This document shows, one piece after another, positions 48,688-63,600 of a stretch of 64,000 nucleotides of DNA. The stretch's first letter is position 1; the number at the start of each line of letters is the position of its first letter. The position numbers were made by a program, and so were the translations under genes. This stretch comes from Cenarchaeum sp. GTDB lineage: Archaea > Thermoproteota > Nitrososphaeria > Nitrososphaerales > Nitrosopumilaceae. The stretch is taken from positions 1,024,001 through 1,088,000 of the forward strand of contig CBDESU010000001.1 of NCBI GenBank assembly GCA_965242695.1, written 5' to 3'. A model generated the notes under the pieces. The model was not told the DNA's origin, did not search any database, and saw nothing but the letters and a program-made list of their open reading frames with translations.

Positions 48688-51600
48688 GCTTCAATGGGGC
48701 CGCAACTTGACAGTTGCGGAAGGCGTCTTGTGGGTCCACACGACCGGCGGCATCGCCATGCTTCAATGGGGCCGCAACTTGACAGTTGCGGAAGGGCTCG
48801 TCCGAGGCAGTCTCTTCAACCGTCAGCCTGCTTCAATGGGGCCGCAACTTGACAGTTGCGGAAGGCCTCAAGAGGAGTGCGACGACCCATGAGCGGCCGG
48901 CTTCAATGGGGCCGCAACTTGACAGTTGCGGAAGGGCCGCCTTGCTGTTTTCGGATTCGCTCCTCGTCGGCGCTTCAATGGGGCCGCAACTTGACAGTTG
49001 CTGAAGGCTTGCGCCTGCCGTCCTTGGCCCGCTTGCCGCCCCGGCTTCAATGGGGCCGCAACTTGACAGTTGCGGAAGGCTTGCGCCTGCCGTCCTTGGC
49101 CCGCTTGCCGCCCCGGCTTCAATGGGGCCGCAACTTGACAGTTGCGGAAGGCCCGCGCAAGCCCAAGCCCAAGCCCAAGCCCGCGCGGCTTCAATGGGGC
49201 CGCAACTTGACAGTTGCGGAAGGAGTCGTGCAGGCTGGCGGCAGTGGCGTCGGGGTCGCTTCAATGGGGCCGCAACTTGACAGTTGCGGAAGGCTCGACG
49301 GCGCTCGGCGCGCGGTACTCGTAGGCTGGCTTCAATGGGGCCGCAACTTGACAGTTGCAGAAGGCGTTGCCGCCATGCGCCGCCCCCTCAACGTGGCGTT
49401 GCTTCAATGGGGCCGCAACTTGACAGTTGCGGAAGGACCATATCATTTTCCTTAAACAAAAGATCATCCTCTAGCTTCAATGGGGCCGCAACTTGACAGT
49501 TGCGGAAGGCGACTACCCCAAGACGACCCTCAAGGCCAAGCCCTTGCTTCAATGGGGCCGCAACTTGACAGTTGCGGAAGGGATGGCCTCTTCAACGCCG
49601 ATTTTCAGCCCGTTAAGGCTTCAATGGGGCCGCAACTTGACAGTTGCGGAAGGCGCGTACAGGGACAAGCTGGCGCGCCGGCGCCGCCTGCTTCAATGGG
49701 GCCGCAACTTGACAGTTGCGGAAGGCGGAATCTACGCATGGCAGGCGGGCCAAGCCGGCAGCTTCAATGGGGCCGCAACTTGACAGTTGCGGAAGGACGG
49801 CAGCCGCCCTCCCGCCGGCGAACCCTGGCACGTGGCTTCAATGGGGCCGCAACTTGACAGTTGCGGAAGGGAGGCCGAGCAGCGCGAGTTCGACGAGGAC
49901 GAGGAGGAGCTTCAATGGGGCCGCAACTTGACAGTTGCGGAAGGTCGTACCCCATTGCCGGCGGGCGCAGACGGACCGGGCTTCAATGGGGCCGCAACTT
50001 GACAGTTGCGGAAGGCCCGCCATCACGCCCGCCCCCCACCGGGGGGGGTAATGCTTCAATGGGGCCGCAACTTGACAGTTGCGGAAGGAGTACATCCGCT
50101 TCCTGCACACCGTACACCGCATCCCGCTTCAATGGGGCCGCAACTTGACAGTTGCGGAAGGTCGCCCAGCAGCAGGGCGGCGAATATTGCGTGATATGGC
50201 TTCAATGGGGCCGCAACTTGACAGTTGCGGAAGGCGAGGGCCACGCCGACCCCGCCGCCGTCGCGGCATGGCTTCAATGGGGCCGCAACTTGACAGTTGC
50301 GGAAGGCCCCCAGGAGAAGATCCAGCGCCTAGAGGAGTATGCGCTTCAATGGGGCCGCAACTTGACAGTTGCGGAAGGACGGGGGCGGGGAAACAGGGGC
50401 GGCGGCGACAACGGCTTCAATGGGGCCGCAACTTGACAGTTGCGGAAGGCTCGCAAAGGCGGCTATCCAAGCCGAAATAGATCGGCTTCAATGGGGCCGC
50501 AACTTGACAGTTGCGGAAGGAGAAGAACGACGACAGCCGGAGCGATCCCTGATGATCGCTTCAATGGGGCCGCAACTTGACAGTTGCGGAAGGCAGGCCG
50601 TCCTCGGGCGCCGTCCACGACTTGTCGACGCTTCAATGGGGCCGCAACTTGACAGTTGCGGAAGGGTGACGGGCCCCTTGCTCATGCTCGCGATGGGACG
50701 GGCTTCAATGGGGCCGCAACTTGACAGTTGCGGAAGGCCGGGCCGCGCGCGGCATGCCCGACGAAGACCTGGTGCTTCAATGGGGCCGCAACTTGACAGT
50801 TGCGGAAGGTCGCAATCGGCACCGTATTCATATCCCGCACGTCGCTTCAATGGGGCCGCAACTTGACAGTTGCGGAAGGAGGAGCTCCGCCTCCTAGAGC
50901 GCTCCGACGAGGATCGGCTTCAATGGGGCCGCAACTTGACAGTTGCGGAAGGGTCGTCCTCGATCGACCTGGGCCCCGACCAGACCCGGCTTCAATGGGG
51001 CCGCAACTTGACAGTTGCGGAAGGCGTGATCTCGGACGACGAGGCCGCCCGCATCCTGGCGGCTTCAATGGGGCCGCAACTTGACAGTTGCGGAAGGGGC
51101 GGGGCTGACCAAGCCCAAGCCCGACCAGGCCGCGCTTCAATGGGGCCGCAACTTGACAGTTGCGGAAGGTTCTTCCTGGGCGGCGGCAGGGGCGGCTTGT
51201 CTTGCTTCAATGGGGCCGCAACTTGACAGTTGCGGAAGGGGCACCCGTGAGGCCCGTCTCGGTATGGAACTGATTGCTTCAATGGGGCCGCAACTTGACA
51301 GTTGCGGAAGGTCCTTTGCATGGAACGGCAGGTGCGCATCGACCAGCGGCTTCAATGGGGCCGCAACTTGACAGTTGCGGAAGGATCATGACCGAGCCGC
51401 GCGTGAACGCCAGGCGGTACGCTTCAATGGGGCCGCAACTTGACAGTTGCGGAAGGAATCTGGCTATTGCGCCAAGTAAAGGCCCCGACTGGGCTTCAAT
51501 GGGGCCGCAACTTGACAGTTGCGGAAGGTATCCCCCCTGCACGGCCGCCCATGCCCCGGGCTTCAATGGGGCCGCAACTTGACAGTTGCGGAAGGCCCAC

Positions 51601-54600
51601 ATTCCGACCACACCTGCCTAGAGTGCGGCATCGCTTCAATGGGGCCGCAACTTGACAGTTGCGGAAGGGGGGAGCGGATCGGCCGAATCATGCAAACAGA
51701 GGCGGGCTTCAATGGGGCCGCAACTTGACAGTTGCGGAAGGCACCTGCCGTCCCGCGAGATACCCGCCGCCGACGCCGCTTCAATGGGGCCGCAACTTGA
51801 CAGTTGCGGAAGGACGGTCCTGCCGTGGGTGCTTATCGTGGTGGCGTAGCTTCAATGGGGCCGCAACTTGACAGTTGCGGAAGGCCGGCCTCACCTGCCG
51901 CAACGACATCATCTGGCGGCTTCAATGGGGCCGCAACTTGACAGTTGCGGAAGGCGGCGGCCCTGTCCGTGTACCCGGCGAATTCGTCAATGCTTCAATG
52001 GGGCCGCAACTTGACAGTTGCGGAAGGGGGGACGTCGCAGGCAGGCAAGGCATGGAGGCGCAAGCTTCAATGGGGCCGCAACTTGACAGTTGCGGAAGGC
52101 TCCATACAGAAGGGCGGAATCAAGCGGGCTATAAGCTTCAATGGGGCCGCAACTTGACAGTTGCGGAAGGTCTCGCAGAATGTCATTGCCGCGCCGTTCG
52201 GTGTCAGCTTCAATGGGGCCGCAACTTGACAGTTGCGGAAGGTTATAAGGCCCCGCGCACGGCGCCCCCCTGATGACGGCTTCAATGGGGCCGCAACTTG
52301 ACAGTTGCGGAAGGCCAGCACGGCCACGGCCAACACGGCAATGACACCCGCTTCAATGGGGCCGCAACTTGACAGTTGCGGAAGGCACTATGTAGCGCGT
52401 CATGCGGCGGCCCCGATTCATGCTTCAATGGGGCCGCAACTTGACAGTTGCGGAAGGCCGTGTCTTTGGCTTCGCCGTCATCCCAAGCGTGGCTTCAATG
52501 GGGCCGCAACTTGACAGTTGCGGAAGGCGTATCAGTAGAGTCTCGGCAGGGACGTTCCGAGGGGCTTCAATGGGGCCGCAACTTGACAGTTGCGGAAGGT
52601 TCAGTCAACTCGTTCTTTATCGGCGAAATCCGCCAAAGCTTCAATGGGGCCGCAACTTGACAGTTGCGGAAGGGTCGGCGCTTATTGTGGATACTGAAAA
52701 GACGGGCAGGCTTCAATGGGGCCGCAACTTGACAGTTGCGGAAGGATGCATGGTTTGCGCCGCTAATAGATCCTATGGTGGCTTCAATGGGGCCGCAACT
52801 TGACAGTTGCGGAAGGCGCCGCCCGCCGGAGACGAAGGTCTTGCGGACAATTCGCTTCAATGGGGCCGCAACTTGACAGTTGCGGAAGGCCGCAAACTCA
52901 AACTTCTGCCCCTTGCGGGAAACGTTGCTTCAATGGGGCCGCAACTTGACAGTTGCGGAAGGCGCCCTAAAGCCGGCCGGCAACTACGTGCTAGTGATGC
53001 TTCAATGGGGCCGCAACTTGACAGTTGCGGAAGGGGCTCGCGCCGGCCGCTAAAGAGGCGGGCGTGGTGAGCTTCAATGGGGCCGCAACTTGACAGTTGC
53101 GGAAGGCGCCCGCCCGTGCATGGGGGACAAGCATACGGCGATGCTTCAATGGGGCCGCAACTTGACAGTTGCGGAAGGCGCCGCGTCGGCCGTCACGGAG
53201 ATGCGCCACGACGGCTTCAATGGGGCCGCAACTTGACAGTTGCGGAAGGCCGAGTACGTTTCCCATGCGAGGCACCCGACGAGGATGCTTCAATGGGGCC
53301 GCAACTTGACAGTTGCGGAAGGCGTCAAAAGCGGCGCCCGGATCCCTGATTTGCGAGGGGCTTCAATGGGGCCGCAACTTGACAGTTGCGGAAGGCGTAT
53401 CAGTAGAGTCTCGGCAGGGACGTTCCGAGGGGCTTCAATGGGGCCGCAACTTGACAGTTGCGGAAGGTTCAGTCAACTCGTTCTTTATCGGCGAAATCCG
53501 CCAAAGCTTCAATGGGGCCGCAACTTGACAGTTGCGGAAGGGTCGGCGCTTATTGTGGATACTGAAAAGACGGGCAGGCTTCAATGGGGCCGCAACTTGA
53601 CAGTTGCGGAAGGATGCATGGTTTGCGCCGCTAATAGATCCTATGGTGGCTTCAATGGGGCCGCAACTTGACAGTTGCGGAAGGCGCCGCCCGCCGGAGA
53701 CGAAGGTCTTGCGGACAATTCGCTTCAATGGGGCCGCAACTTGACAGTTGCGGAAGGCCGCAAACTCAAACTTCTGCCCCTTGCGGGAAACGTTGCTTCA
53801 ATGGGGCCGCAACTTGACAGTTGCGGAAGGCGCCCTAAAGCCGGCCGGCAACTACGTGCTAGTGATGCTTCAATGGGGCCGCAACTTGACAGTTGCGGAA
53901 GGACCCATCGACGATGGGCTTCAGGGCGAAGACTGGCTTGCTTCAATGGGGCCGCAACTTGACAGTTGCGGAAGGTGGCATACCGTCTTTTCGCCCGTCG
54001 TCGCTTGCGGCGCTTCAATGGGGCCGCAACTTGACAGTTGCGGAAGGCAAAGTCCTTCTCCCCGAAGACGTCAAAGTACTGATCGCGGCTTCAATGGGGC
54101 CGCAACTTGACAGTTGCGGAAGGATCAACCAAGTTCCCGCCCGCTCGATAGACCTTTGCGCTTCAATGGGGCCGCAACTTGACAGTTGCGGAAGGCTGCT
54201 ACCTCGCGTTCCGCAAGTTCGGCGAGCCGTCGCTTCAATGGGGCCGCAACTTGACAGTTGCGGAAGGTGACTGGGTACAACGCGGGGGGATCGACCGATG
54301 CGGAGCTTCAATGGGGCCGCAACTTGACAGTTGCGGAAGGACGTCCCGGTGGCGCCCAGGTCATACAGGGGGCGGACAGCTTCAATGGGGCCGCAACTTG
54401 ACAGTTGCGGAAGGTCGAATGGCGGAGGCCCCGATCGTCAACTTTGCCCTGCTTCAATGGGGCCGCAACTTGACAGTTGCGGAAGGCTCCTAGACGCCAT
54501 CCAGGCCATCCGCATCGCCACGCTTCAATGGGGCCGCAACTTGACAGTTGCGGAAGGTACACGAAGTCCGCAGGGACGGAACGGGCCTCTTCAGCTTCAA

Positions 54601-57600
54601 TGGGGCCGCAACTTGACAGTTGCGGAAGGCGCCGAGTACCCGCACCGCCGCCGCCGCCAGAAAACCCAGCTTCAATGGGGCCGCAACTTGACAGTTGCGG
54701 AAGGCGTCATGTACGGGTTTTCGGGCGTGGCGAACAGGTCGCTTCAATGGGGCCGCAACTTGACAGTTGCGGAAGGACGGGAAATGACGGCGGAGCAGAA
54801 GGCGGAAAACGCTTCAATGGGGCCGCAACTTGACAGTTGCGGAAGGCGCGCAGGTGTCCGGCGCCGAGTGGGAGCGGGCCAAGCTTCAATGGGGCCACAA
54901 CTTGACAGTTGCGGAAGGCCGCGCCTTGAACGCCTTGCTTGTACCTTGCCGGAAGCTTCAATGGGGCCGCAACTTGACAGTTGCGGAAGGACCAGTCGCA
55001 GTATTCGGAGGGGGGCGGACCGCCGGCTTCAATGGGGCCGCAACTTGACAGTTGCGGAAGGGCGCGTGGGGAGGTGAAGGCAACGCCGAAGATCTGAGCT
55101 TCAATGGGGCCGCAACTTGACAGTTGCGGAAGGCGCCGCCGGCGAGAGGCGCGAGGGCGCGGGCAGCGCTTCAATGGGGCCGCAACTTGACAGTTGCGGA
55201 AGGGGCGCAAGGCCGAGGGCGTCCGGCGGTACAAGGACGCTTCAATGGGGCCGCAACTTGACAGTTGCGGAAGGCCGTGCTCGGCCGCGCCGGCACGTTT
55301 CGATACGACGTGCTTCAATGGGGCCGCAACTTGACAGTTGCGGAAGGGTCGGATTTGCGCCCGACGAGTTGATTTGCGCATGCTTCAATGGGGCCGCAAC
55401 TTGACAGTTGCGGAAGGGCGGGCGTCGTCGGCAGGGGCGTTGGCGGACCGGGCTAGCTTCAATGGGGCCGCAACTTGACAGTTGCGGAAGGACGAATCCG
55501 CGGCGGAGCCTGACGAGGGGCCTGCGGAGCTTCAATGGGGCCGCAACTTGACAGTTGCGGAAGGATCGTCGGGGTTGACCCAGCGGCCGGACTCCTCGTC
55601 GCTTCAATGGGGCCGCAACTTGACAGTTGCGGAAGGCTGCGCGAGTTCCTAACGGCGCTCGGCGTCGACACCGGCTTCAATGGGGCCGCAACTTGACAGT
55701 TGCGGAAGGGGCCTTTCCGAACAACCAGAACCAAAGTCAGGCCATGCTTCAATGGGGCCGCAACTTGACAGTTGCGGAAGGCGTCCCGTCGTACAACGCG
55801 CAGACGGGCGCCAACCTCGAGCTTCAATGGGGCCGCAACTTGACAGTTGCGGAAGGCGTCCCGTCGTACAACGCGCAGACGGGCGCCAACCTCGAGCTTC
55901 AATGGGGCCGCAACTTGACAGTTGCGGAAGGCCTTGAGCGCGCCGACGATCGCGATGGCGGTGGCGTCGCTTCAATGGGGCCGCAACTTGACAGTTGCGG
56001 AAGGGGGCTGCACATGCTCGGCGGCGTATTTCAGATTCAGCTTCAATGGGGCCGCAACTTGACAGTTGCGGAAGGTGCGCGGCCGGGATTCGCTGTGGCA
56101 GTGTATGTGCGCTTCAATGGGGCCGCAACTTGACAGTTGCGGAAGGACCCGTCCGCGAGCGTCGCGGCCCTCGCCGACGCGCAGCTTCAATGGGGCCGCA
56201 ACTTGACAGTTGCGGAAGGTCGGCGGCCGTGCGATCGCCGTCCTTTGCGCTCGCGCTTCAATGGGGCCGCAACTTGACAGTTGCGGAAGGCCCTAACATA
56301 CTCGCATTGAGGGGCCTGCCGTTTATCGCTTCAATGGGGCCGCAACTTGACAGTTGCGGAAGGGGTCGGACGATACGGCATTGGGTGCGAAATAGACCCA
56401 GCTTCAATGGGGCCGCAACTTGACAGTTGCGGAAGGCTACTACCATGCCTCCCTGTGCCTGCTGGCGCTGCTGCTTCAATGGGGCCGCAACTTGACAGTT
56501 GCGGAAGGCTCACCACCCCGCCTCCCGCACGCGAGCCCGACCCCGCTTCAATGGGGCCGCAACTTGACAGTTGCGGAAGGGCCGACACCGTGCTGGTGGC
56601 CGCCGCCCGCAGGGCCGCTTCAATGGGGCCGCAACTTGACAGTTGCGGAAGGATGTGGTTTCTGCGAAATCCAGAAACCGGAATCGAAGCTTCAATGGGG
56701 CCGCAACTTGACAGTTGCGGAAGGTCCGGCGGTATTCATCCCGCACGGCAATAAACTCCGCTTCAATGGGGCCGCAACTTGACAGTTGCGGAAGGTACCC
56801 TGCCGACGACTGGGATATCCCGCTCGCCCGGCTTCAATGGGGCCGCAACTTGACAGTTGCGGAAGGCCGATGATGGACCGCATCGTAGCAGAGGGCGGTG
56901 ACGCTTCAATGGGGCCGCAACTTGACAGTTGCGGAAGGACGTTGACCATGGTCTATGGCTCAAAAGACGGCGGCGCTTCAATGGGGCCGCAACTTGACAG
57001 TTGCGGAAGGCTGTATCCGGCTTGGTGCGGCCCCACTTGTACGGCTTGCTTCAATGGGGCCGCAACTTGACAGTTGCGGAAGGGGGGTCGTGCTGCTTCG
57101 AGGACGCCGACAACGGCTTGCTTCAATGGGGCCGCAACTTGACAGTTGCGGAAGGATGCCGCAGGGCGCCGGGCGGGGGGCCGCCGCGAGCCGCTTCAAT
57201 GGGGCCGCAACTTGACAGTTGCGGAAGGAAGATGCGGCGCGAGAAGGAGCGCAGGAAGATGGACGGCTTCAATGGGGCCGCAACTTGACAGTTGCGGAAG
57301 GAGGCAAAGTCAATACTCGATGCATACAAGGAATACAAGCTTCAATGGGGCCGCAACTTGACAGTTGCGGAAGGCGCAACGTCTGCCAGTACTGCAAGCG
57401 CGCCCGGCCGGCTTCAATGGGGCCGCAACTTGACAGTTGCGGAAGGCGCCACGCTCGACGCCGTACGCAAGTACGTCGATCCGCTTCAATGGGGCCGCAA
57501 CTTGACAGTTGCGGAAGGGTGCTGGTCGTCGTCCCAGATGGGCCGCTCGGATCCAGCTTCAATGGGGCCGCAACTTGACAGTTGCGGAAGGGCCTGCTCG

Positions 57601-60600
57601 TGCGGGATCGTCGCGGCGACGAACCGGCTTCAATGGGGCCGCAACTTGACAGTTGCGGAAGGTGGATCCGCCAGAGCCGCCCCCGAACAGGCCCGTGAAG
57701 CTTCAATGGGGCCGCAACTTGACAGTTGCGGAAGGTTCGGCGCGGGCAGCCGGCAGGCGCCCGCCGAGGCCGCTTCAATGGGGCCGCAACTTGACAGTTG
57801 CGGAAGGACTTGGAGCGGCGGCGGCGGCCCCGGGAACACGAGCTTCAATGGGGCCGCAACTTGACAGTTGCGGAAGGTGGATGCCGACGGCTCCGCCGAT
57901 GCCCGCGCTGCCCAGGCTTCAATGGGGCCGCAACTTGACAGTTGCGGAAGGGGGTATAAAAGCATTTAGAATCAAAAATACTCTCGCTTCAATGGGGCCG
58001 CAACTTGACAGTTGCGGAAGGCCCGTCGCGTCGGCGGCCTGACGGCGCATGTCGACGCTTCAATGGGGCCGCAACTTGACAGTTGCGGAAGGTGCGTACC
58101 TTGACATATCGGGCGTGATTCTGCCGGGCTTCAATGGGGCCGCAACTTGACAGTTGCGGAAGGTCAACTCCTTTAGCTTTATGTCAACCAAAGTCCGCGC
58201 TTCAATGGGGCCGCAACTTGACAGTTGCGGAAGGTTGTTGGGACCGGGATATGGCTGCCCGCCGAGGGGCGCTTCAATGGGGCCGCAACTTGACAGTTGC
58301 GGAAGGGTGGGGGCGGAGTGCTCGCCGTACTCGGGCGAGGCCATGCTTCAATGGGGCCGCAACTTGACAGTTGCGGAAGGATACACGTCGGCCGTCGCCG
58401 CGACCGACGCCTTCGCTTCAATGGGGCCGCAACTTGACAGTTGCGGAAGGCGTGGACGTCACGCGCGGGGGCACCACCATCCCGCAGCTTCAATGGGGCC
58501 GCAACTTGACAGTTGCGGAAGGAGCATACGGCAGAGACCAGGGCCAAACTGTCCAAGATGCTTCAATGGGGCCGCAACTTGACAGTTGCGGAAGGCCGCA
58601 ACGCGACCACCGTAATAGAGGGCCACCAGCCGCTTCAATGGGGCCGCAACTTGACAGTTGCGGAAGGATATCTACAAGGCGATAGATGACGTGGAAAAGC
58701 CAAAGCTTCAATGGGGCCGCAACTTGACAGTTGCGGAAGGCTGGGCCGACGACACCTCGTCCTGGTCGGAGTCGGTGCTTCAATGGGGCCGCAACTTGAC
58801 AGTTGCGGAAGGTCGTATAAGCACTGTGGGCAGGCAGGGCGGCGCGAGCTTCAATGGGGCCGCAACTTGACAGTTGCGGAAGGATGCGACGTCGGCGGCG
58901 TGGCGGGCGGCGAAGTCGGCGCTTCAATGGGGCCGCAACTTGACAGTTGCGGAAGGGATTGGAGTGCAGTGTGCGCAAATCGAAAACCGCCGCTTCAATG
59001 GGGCCGCAACTTGACAGTTGCGGAAGGGCCAAGGCCAGCCCGATAGACACGGCTACGCCTAGGCTTCAATGGGGCCGCAACTTGACAGTTGCGGAAGGAG
59101 TTTACTACCTCCGCCTTGACTACCGCCAAGTCCTGGCTTCAATGGGGCCGCAACTTGACAGTTGCGGAAGGTAGAAGGTTGCGCAGGGCCGAGTCGACGG
59201 CGGCGTCGCTTCAATGGGGCCGCAACTTGACAGTTGCGGAAGGTATGACGGAATACGTGGCCGCCTTCGAGGAGGAGGGCTTCAATGGGGCCGCAACTTG
59301 ACAGTTGCGGAAGGCCGTCGCGTGGAAGCGGGGCGTGACGGTCGACAGGGGCTTCAATGGGGCCACAACTTGACAGTTGCGGAAGGCGACACCGAATACC
59401 TGGGCGAGCCGCACCGCCGCCAGCTTCAATGGGGCCGCAACTTGACAGTTGCGGAAGGAGGGATCGCGGGCGCGGGCGCATTTCTTGCGGTGGCGCTTCA
59501 ATGGGGCCGCAACTTGACAGTTGCGGAAGGCGGCGAGGTGCGTGGCGCTAATGGCGGCGGCGGCGGGCTTCAATGGGGCCGCAACTTGACAGTTGCGGAA
59601 GGGCCGCCCCCCGCCAGCCCTCGCCCGAGCTGACAATGCTTCAATGGGGCCGCAACTTGACAGTTGCGGAAGGGCGTTGGGAAAACGATGAAGGCAAGGG
59701 TTCGGCCGAGCTTCAATGGGGCCGCAACTTGACAGTTGCGGAAGGGGCGCGGGCGGCGCGGGCGGCGGCGGTGCGGGCCGTCGCTTCAATGGGGCCGCAA
59801 CTTGACAGTTGCGGAAGGCAGCTCGAACACGTTTACTGCCAACGCGCATGCCGCGCTTCAATGGGGCCGCAACTTGACAGTTGCGGAAGGCCCGTCGCTC
59901 ATCCCACCATCCACCTCCCTTCCGCGCTTCAATGGGGCCGCAACTTGACAGTTGCGGAAGGCCTAGACTCGGCGTCCCGCGCCCCCGTGTCGGCGGGCTT
60001 CAATGGGGCCGCAACTTGACAGTTGCGGAAGGGCGATGCAGGACCGCCTGTGGTTCCGCGCACAGATGATGCTTCAATGGGGCCGCAACTTGACAGTTGC
60101 GGAAGGAGTCCCCGTGGGGCGGGCCGGACGATGCAACAAGGCTTCAATGGGGCCGCAACTTGACAGTTGCGGAAGGTCAACGAGACCAAGTTCGAGGCCT
60201 TTTCGGCCAGCGCTTCAATGGGGCCGCAACTTGACAGTTGCGGAAGGTACCTGCTATCCAACGCAGGAAGCGTGGCATGCACCGGCTTCAATGGGGCCGC
60301 AACTTGACAGTTGCGGAAGGTTGAATGGGGCGACAGGACGGATATGCGAACCGGCGCGCTTCAATGGGGCCGCAACTTGACAGTTGCGGAAGGAGGGCCG
60401 CGAGATAACGGCCGCGCAAAAGGCGGCCGGCTTCAATGGGGCCGCAACTTGACAGTTGCGGAAGGGACGACAAGACGTGACATGAGGGCGGCACGCCCGC
60501 GCTTCAATGGGGCCGCAACTTGACAGTTGCGGAAGGTCGGGTACGCATACGCGCCCGAAGGCGCGGCCCGCCCGCTTCAATGGGGCCGCAACTTGACAGT

Positions 60601-63600
60601 TGCGGAAGGTGGATAGAGAGAGAGACACTGTGGGTCCGCACCAAGCTTCAATGGGGCCGCAACTTGACAGTTGCGGAAGGCGATCCGTTTGGCATGAGTA
60701 GCGGCCCCACTTTTGGTAGCTTCAATGGGGCCGCAACTTGACAGTTGCGGAAGGAGGGGGCGCATCGGCCAAGCGCCGGCCCCGCCCGCGCTTCAATGGG
60801 GCCGCAACTTGACAGTTGCGGAAGGCTCCGCCGTCAGGCCCGGGGTCACGATCGTGCTGCCGGCTTCAATGGGGCCGCAACTTGACAGTTGCGGAAGGTG
60901 ACGGCCCGCTTGCAGGCGTTCCGAGTCGCTATCGCTTCAATGGGGCCGCAACTTGACAGTTGCGGAAGGCGGAGCGGGCGGGACGAGGCAAGCGAGGGGG
61001 ACGAGCTTCAATGGGGCCGCAACTTGACAGTTGCGGAAGGTTGGCGAGCGTGTTTGCCCCGTTTCCTATCCACGTGCTTCAATGGGGCCGCAACTTGACA
61101 GTTGCGGAAGGCCGCATCGTTCGCATTGTCGAAGAAGCAGAATCCGTGCTTCAATGGGGCCGCAACTTGACAGTTGCGGAAGGTTCAATGTCCCCCAACT
61201 CCGCGAGCCTATCATCCCAGCTTCAATGGGGCCGCAACTTGACAGTTGCGGAAGGCAGGCGCGCGACGATCGCGCCCTCTGGCTTGGCCTGGCTTCAATG
61301 GGGCCGCAACTTGACAGTTGCGGAAGGCGACCCGCACCACCTCATCCGGGGAGGCCAGCGTGGCTTCAATGGGGCCGCAACTTGACAGTTGCGGAAGGGC
61401 CTCGCGAGGGTTGTCTGCATCGACGTGGAGCGTGCTTCAATGGGGCCGCAACTTGACAGTTGCGGAAGGCGTGTACGATTCGATCGTCGGAAAGAACGCG
61501 GACGCTTCAATGGGGCCGCAACTTGACAGTTGCGGAAGGGGACGTCGCCCTTCGGCGAGCCGAACCAGCCCATAGCGCTTCAATGGGGCCGCAACTTGAC
61601 AGTTGCGGAAGGCGCGTAGAGATTTCCAATCTCATACAGCGCCTGCTGGAGCTTCAATGGGGCCGCAACTTGACAGTTGCGGAAGGAAGATGTATACCGG
61701 CGGACACGTGCAGATATGTTCGCTTCAATGGGGCCGCAACTTGACAGTTGCGGAAGGGTACGCCCGCGAGCGCGACGCGGCCGCCGCCCTAAAGCTTCAA
61801 TGGGGCCGCAACTTGACAGTTGCGGAAGGCACTACGACCGCGCCCTTCGAAACCAAGAGGCCGCGCTGCTTCAATGGGGCCGCAACTTGACAGTTGCGGA
61901 AGGCGAGTCTCTGGCGAATACCGGTGAAACGACGTCTGGCTTCAATGGGGCCGCAACTTGACAGTTGCGGAAGGAGCAACCCTCCCGGGTACGCGGCCGT
62001 CATTGTCCCGCTTCAATGGGGCCGCAACTTGACAGTTGCGGAAGGCCGTATAGACCAGGCCACCGCCGCCAGCATTATCCCGCTTCAATGGGGCCGCAAC
62101 TTGACAGTTGCGGAAGGCCGTCATGATCGCTGTATGGAGTGCAACTGCCCCAGCTTCAATGGGGCCGCAACTTGACAGTTGCGGAAGGACCGATCCGATC
62201 ACGGCCGCCGCCCCCACGGCGGCGCTTCAATGGGGCCGCAACTTGACAGTTGCGGAAGGCTCCACGTGCGCGAGGCTCGAACGGATCGCCGCAGAGCTTC
62301 AATGGGGCCGCAACTTGACAGTTGCGGAAGGCGGCGGGGGCCTGCTGCCCGAGGCGAGTGTACCGGCGCTTCAATGGGGCCGCAACTTGACAGTTGCGGA
62401 AGGCGCATGGTCGCCGGCGTGTGCATGATCTCGGGGCCCCTGCTTCAATGGGGCCGCAACTTGACAGTTGCGGAAGGCGTGCGCCGTGTGCGACGCCCCC
62501 GTCCTCTACAAGCTTCAATGGGGCCGCAACTTGACAGTTGCGGAAGGCCCGTCCTCGACGCAGATCGCCTCGATCAAACTCGTGCTTCAATGGGGCCGCA
62601 ACTTGACAGTTGCGGAAGGTTCAACATAGCGGGTGCTGCCGCCCTTCACCGCCTTGCTTCAATGGGGCCGCAACTTGACAGTTGCGGAAGGGGCCGACCT
62701 GGCCGCCCTGCTCCGCGGCACCGCAGAGCTTCAATGGGGCCGCAACTTGACAGTTGCGGAAGGGGGCCGGCGCAGAGTACAGCGCCGCCCAATGCAAGCT
62801 TCAATGGGGCCGCAACTTGACAGTTGCGGAAGGGGCTTGCGCCGCCCCTCGCCATAGCAGATTGGGCAGCTTCAATGGGGCCGCAACTTGACAGTTGCGG
62901 AAGGCACGCGACTGCCGTCGCCAACGTCCTCGAGTACATGCTTCAATGGGGCCGCAACTTGACAGTTGCGGAAGGGCAGGGCCCATTCAGGGTCAAAGCC
63001 ACTGTCGTCGCTTCAATGGGGCCGCAACTTGACAGTTGCGGAAGGTGGTTATCGGCCCGCCGGCGGCGTGTACGGGCTGTCGCTTCAATGGGGCCGCAAC
63101 TTGACAGTTGCGGAAGGAATTGCCTGCGCCGTCTTAACCCGCCGGCCATTGGGCTTCAATGGGGCCGCAACTTGACAGTTGCGGAAGGAGACACAGCAGG
63201 CGATCGATGCCTGCGAGCAGGCATGCTTCAATGGGGCCGCAACTTGACAGTTGCGGAAGGTCTTGAACCGCTCGCTTACTTCAACGGCGCGGCCGGCTTC
63301 AATGGGGCCGCAACTTGACAGTTGCGGAAGGATCCCACTCGGGCCGCTCCTGCGCCCATATGGGCCGCTTCAATGGGGCCGCAACTTGACAGTTGCGGAA
63401 GGCAGTGCAACGTGGGTAATACCAGGCAGAAGGGGGCAGCTTCAATGGGGCCGCAACTTGACAGTTGCGGAAGGCTGGGGCCGAGCATGGGCCCGAGGTA
63501 CTTGACGAGCTTCAATGGGGCCGCAACTTGACAGTTGCGGAAGGAACAAGTACGCTGTTGTCGTCGGGAACCATTGTCAAAGCTTCAATGGGGCCGCAAC

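Noticed and set aside
55204-55238. Spacer sharing GGCGCAAGGCCG with position about 14069 (self-targeting)
   Set aside because: Only 12 bp in GC-rich DNA; no convincing self-target was seen, though the search was not exhaustive.
48650-63531. Numerous ORFs over the array (LQWGRNLTVAEG and MGPQLDSCGR peptides)
   Set aside because: Translations of the stop-poor CRISPR repeat; not genes.
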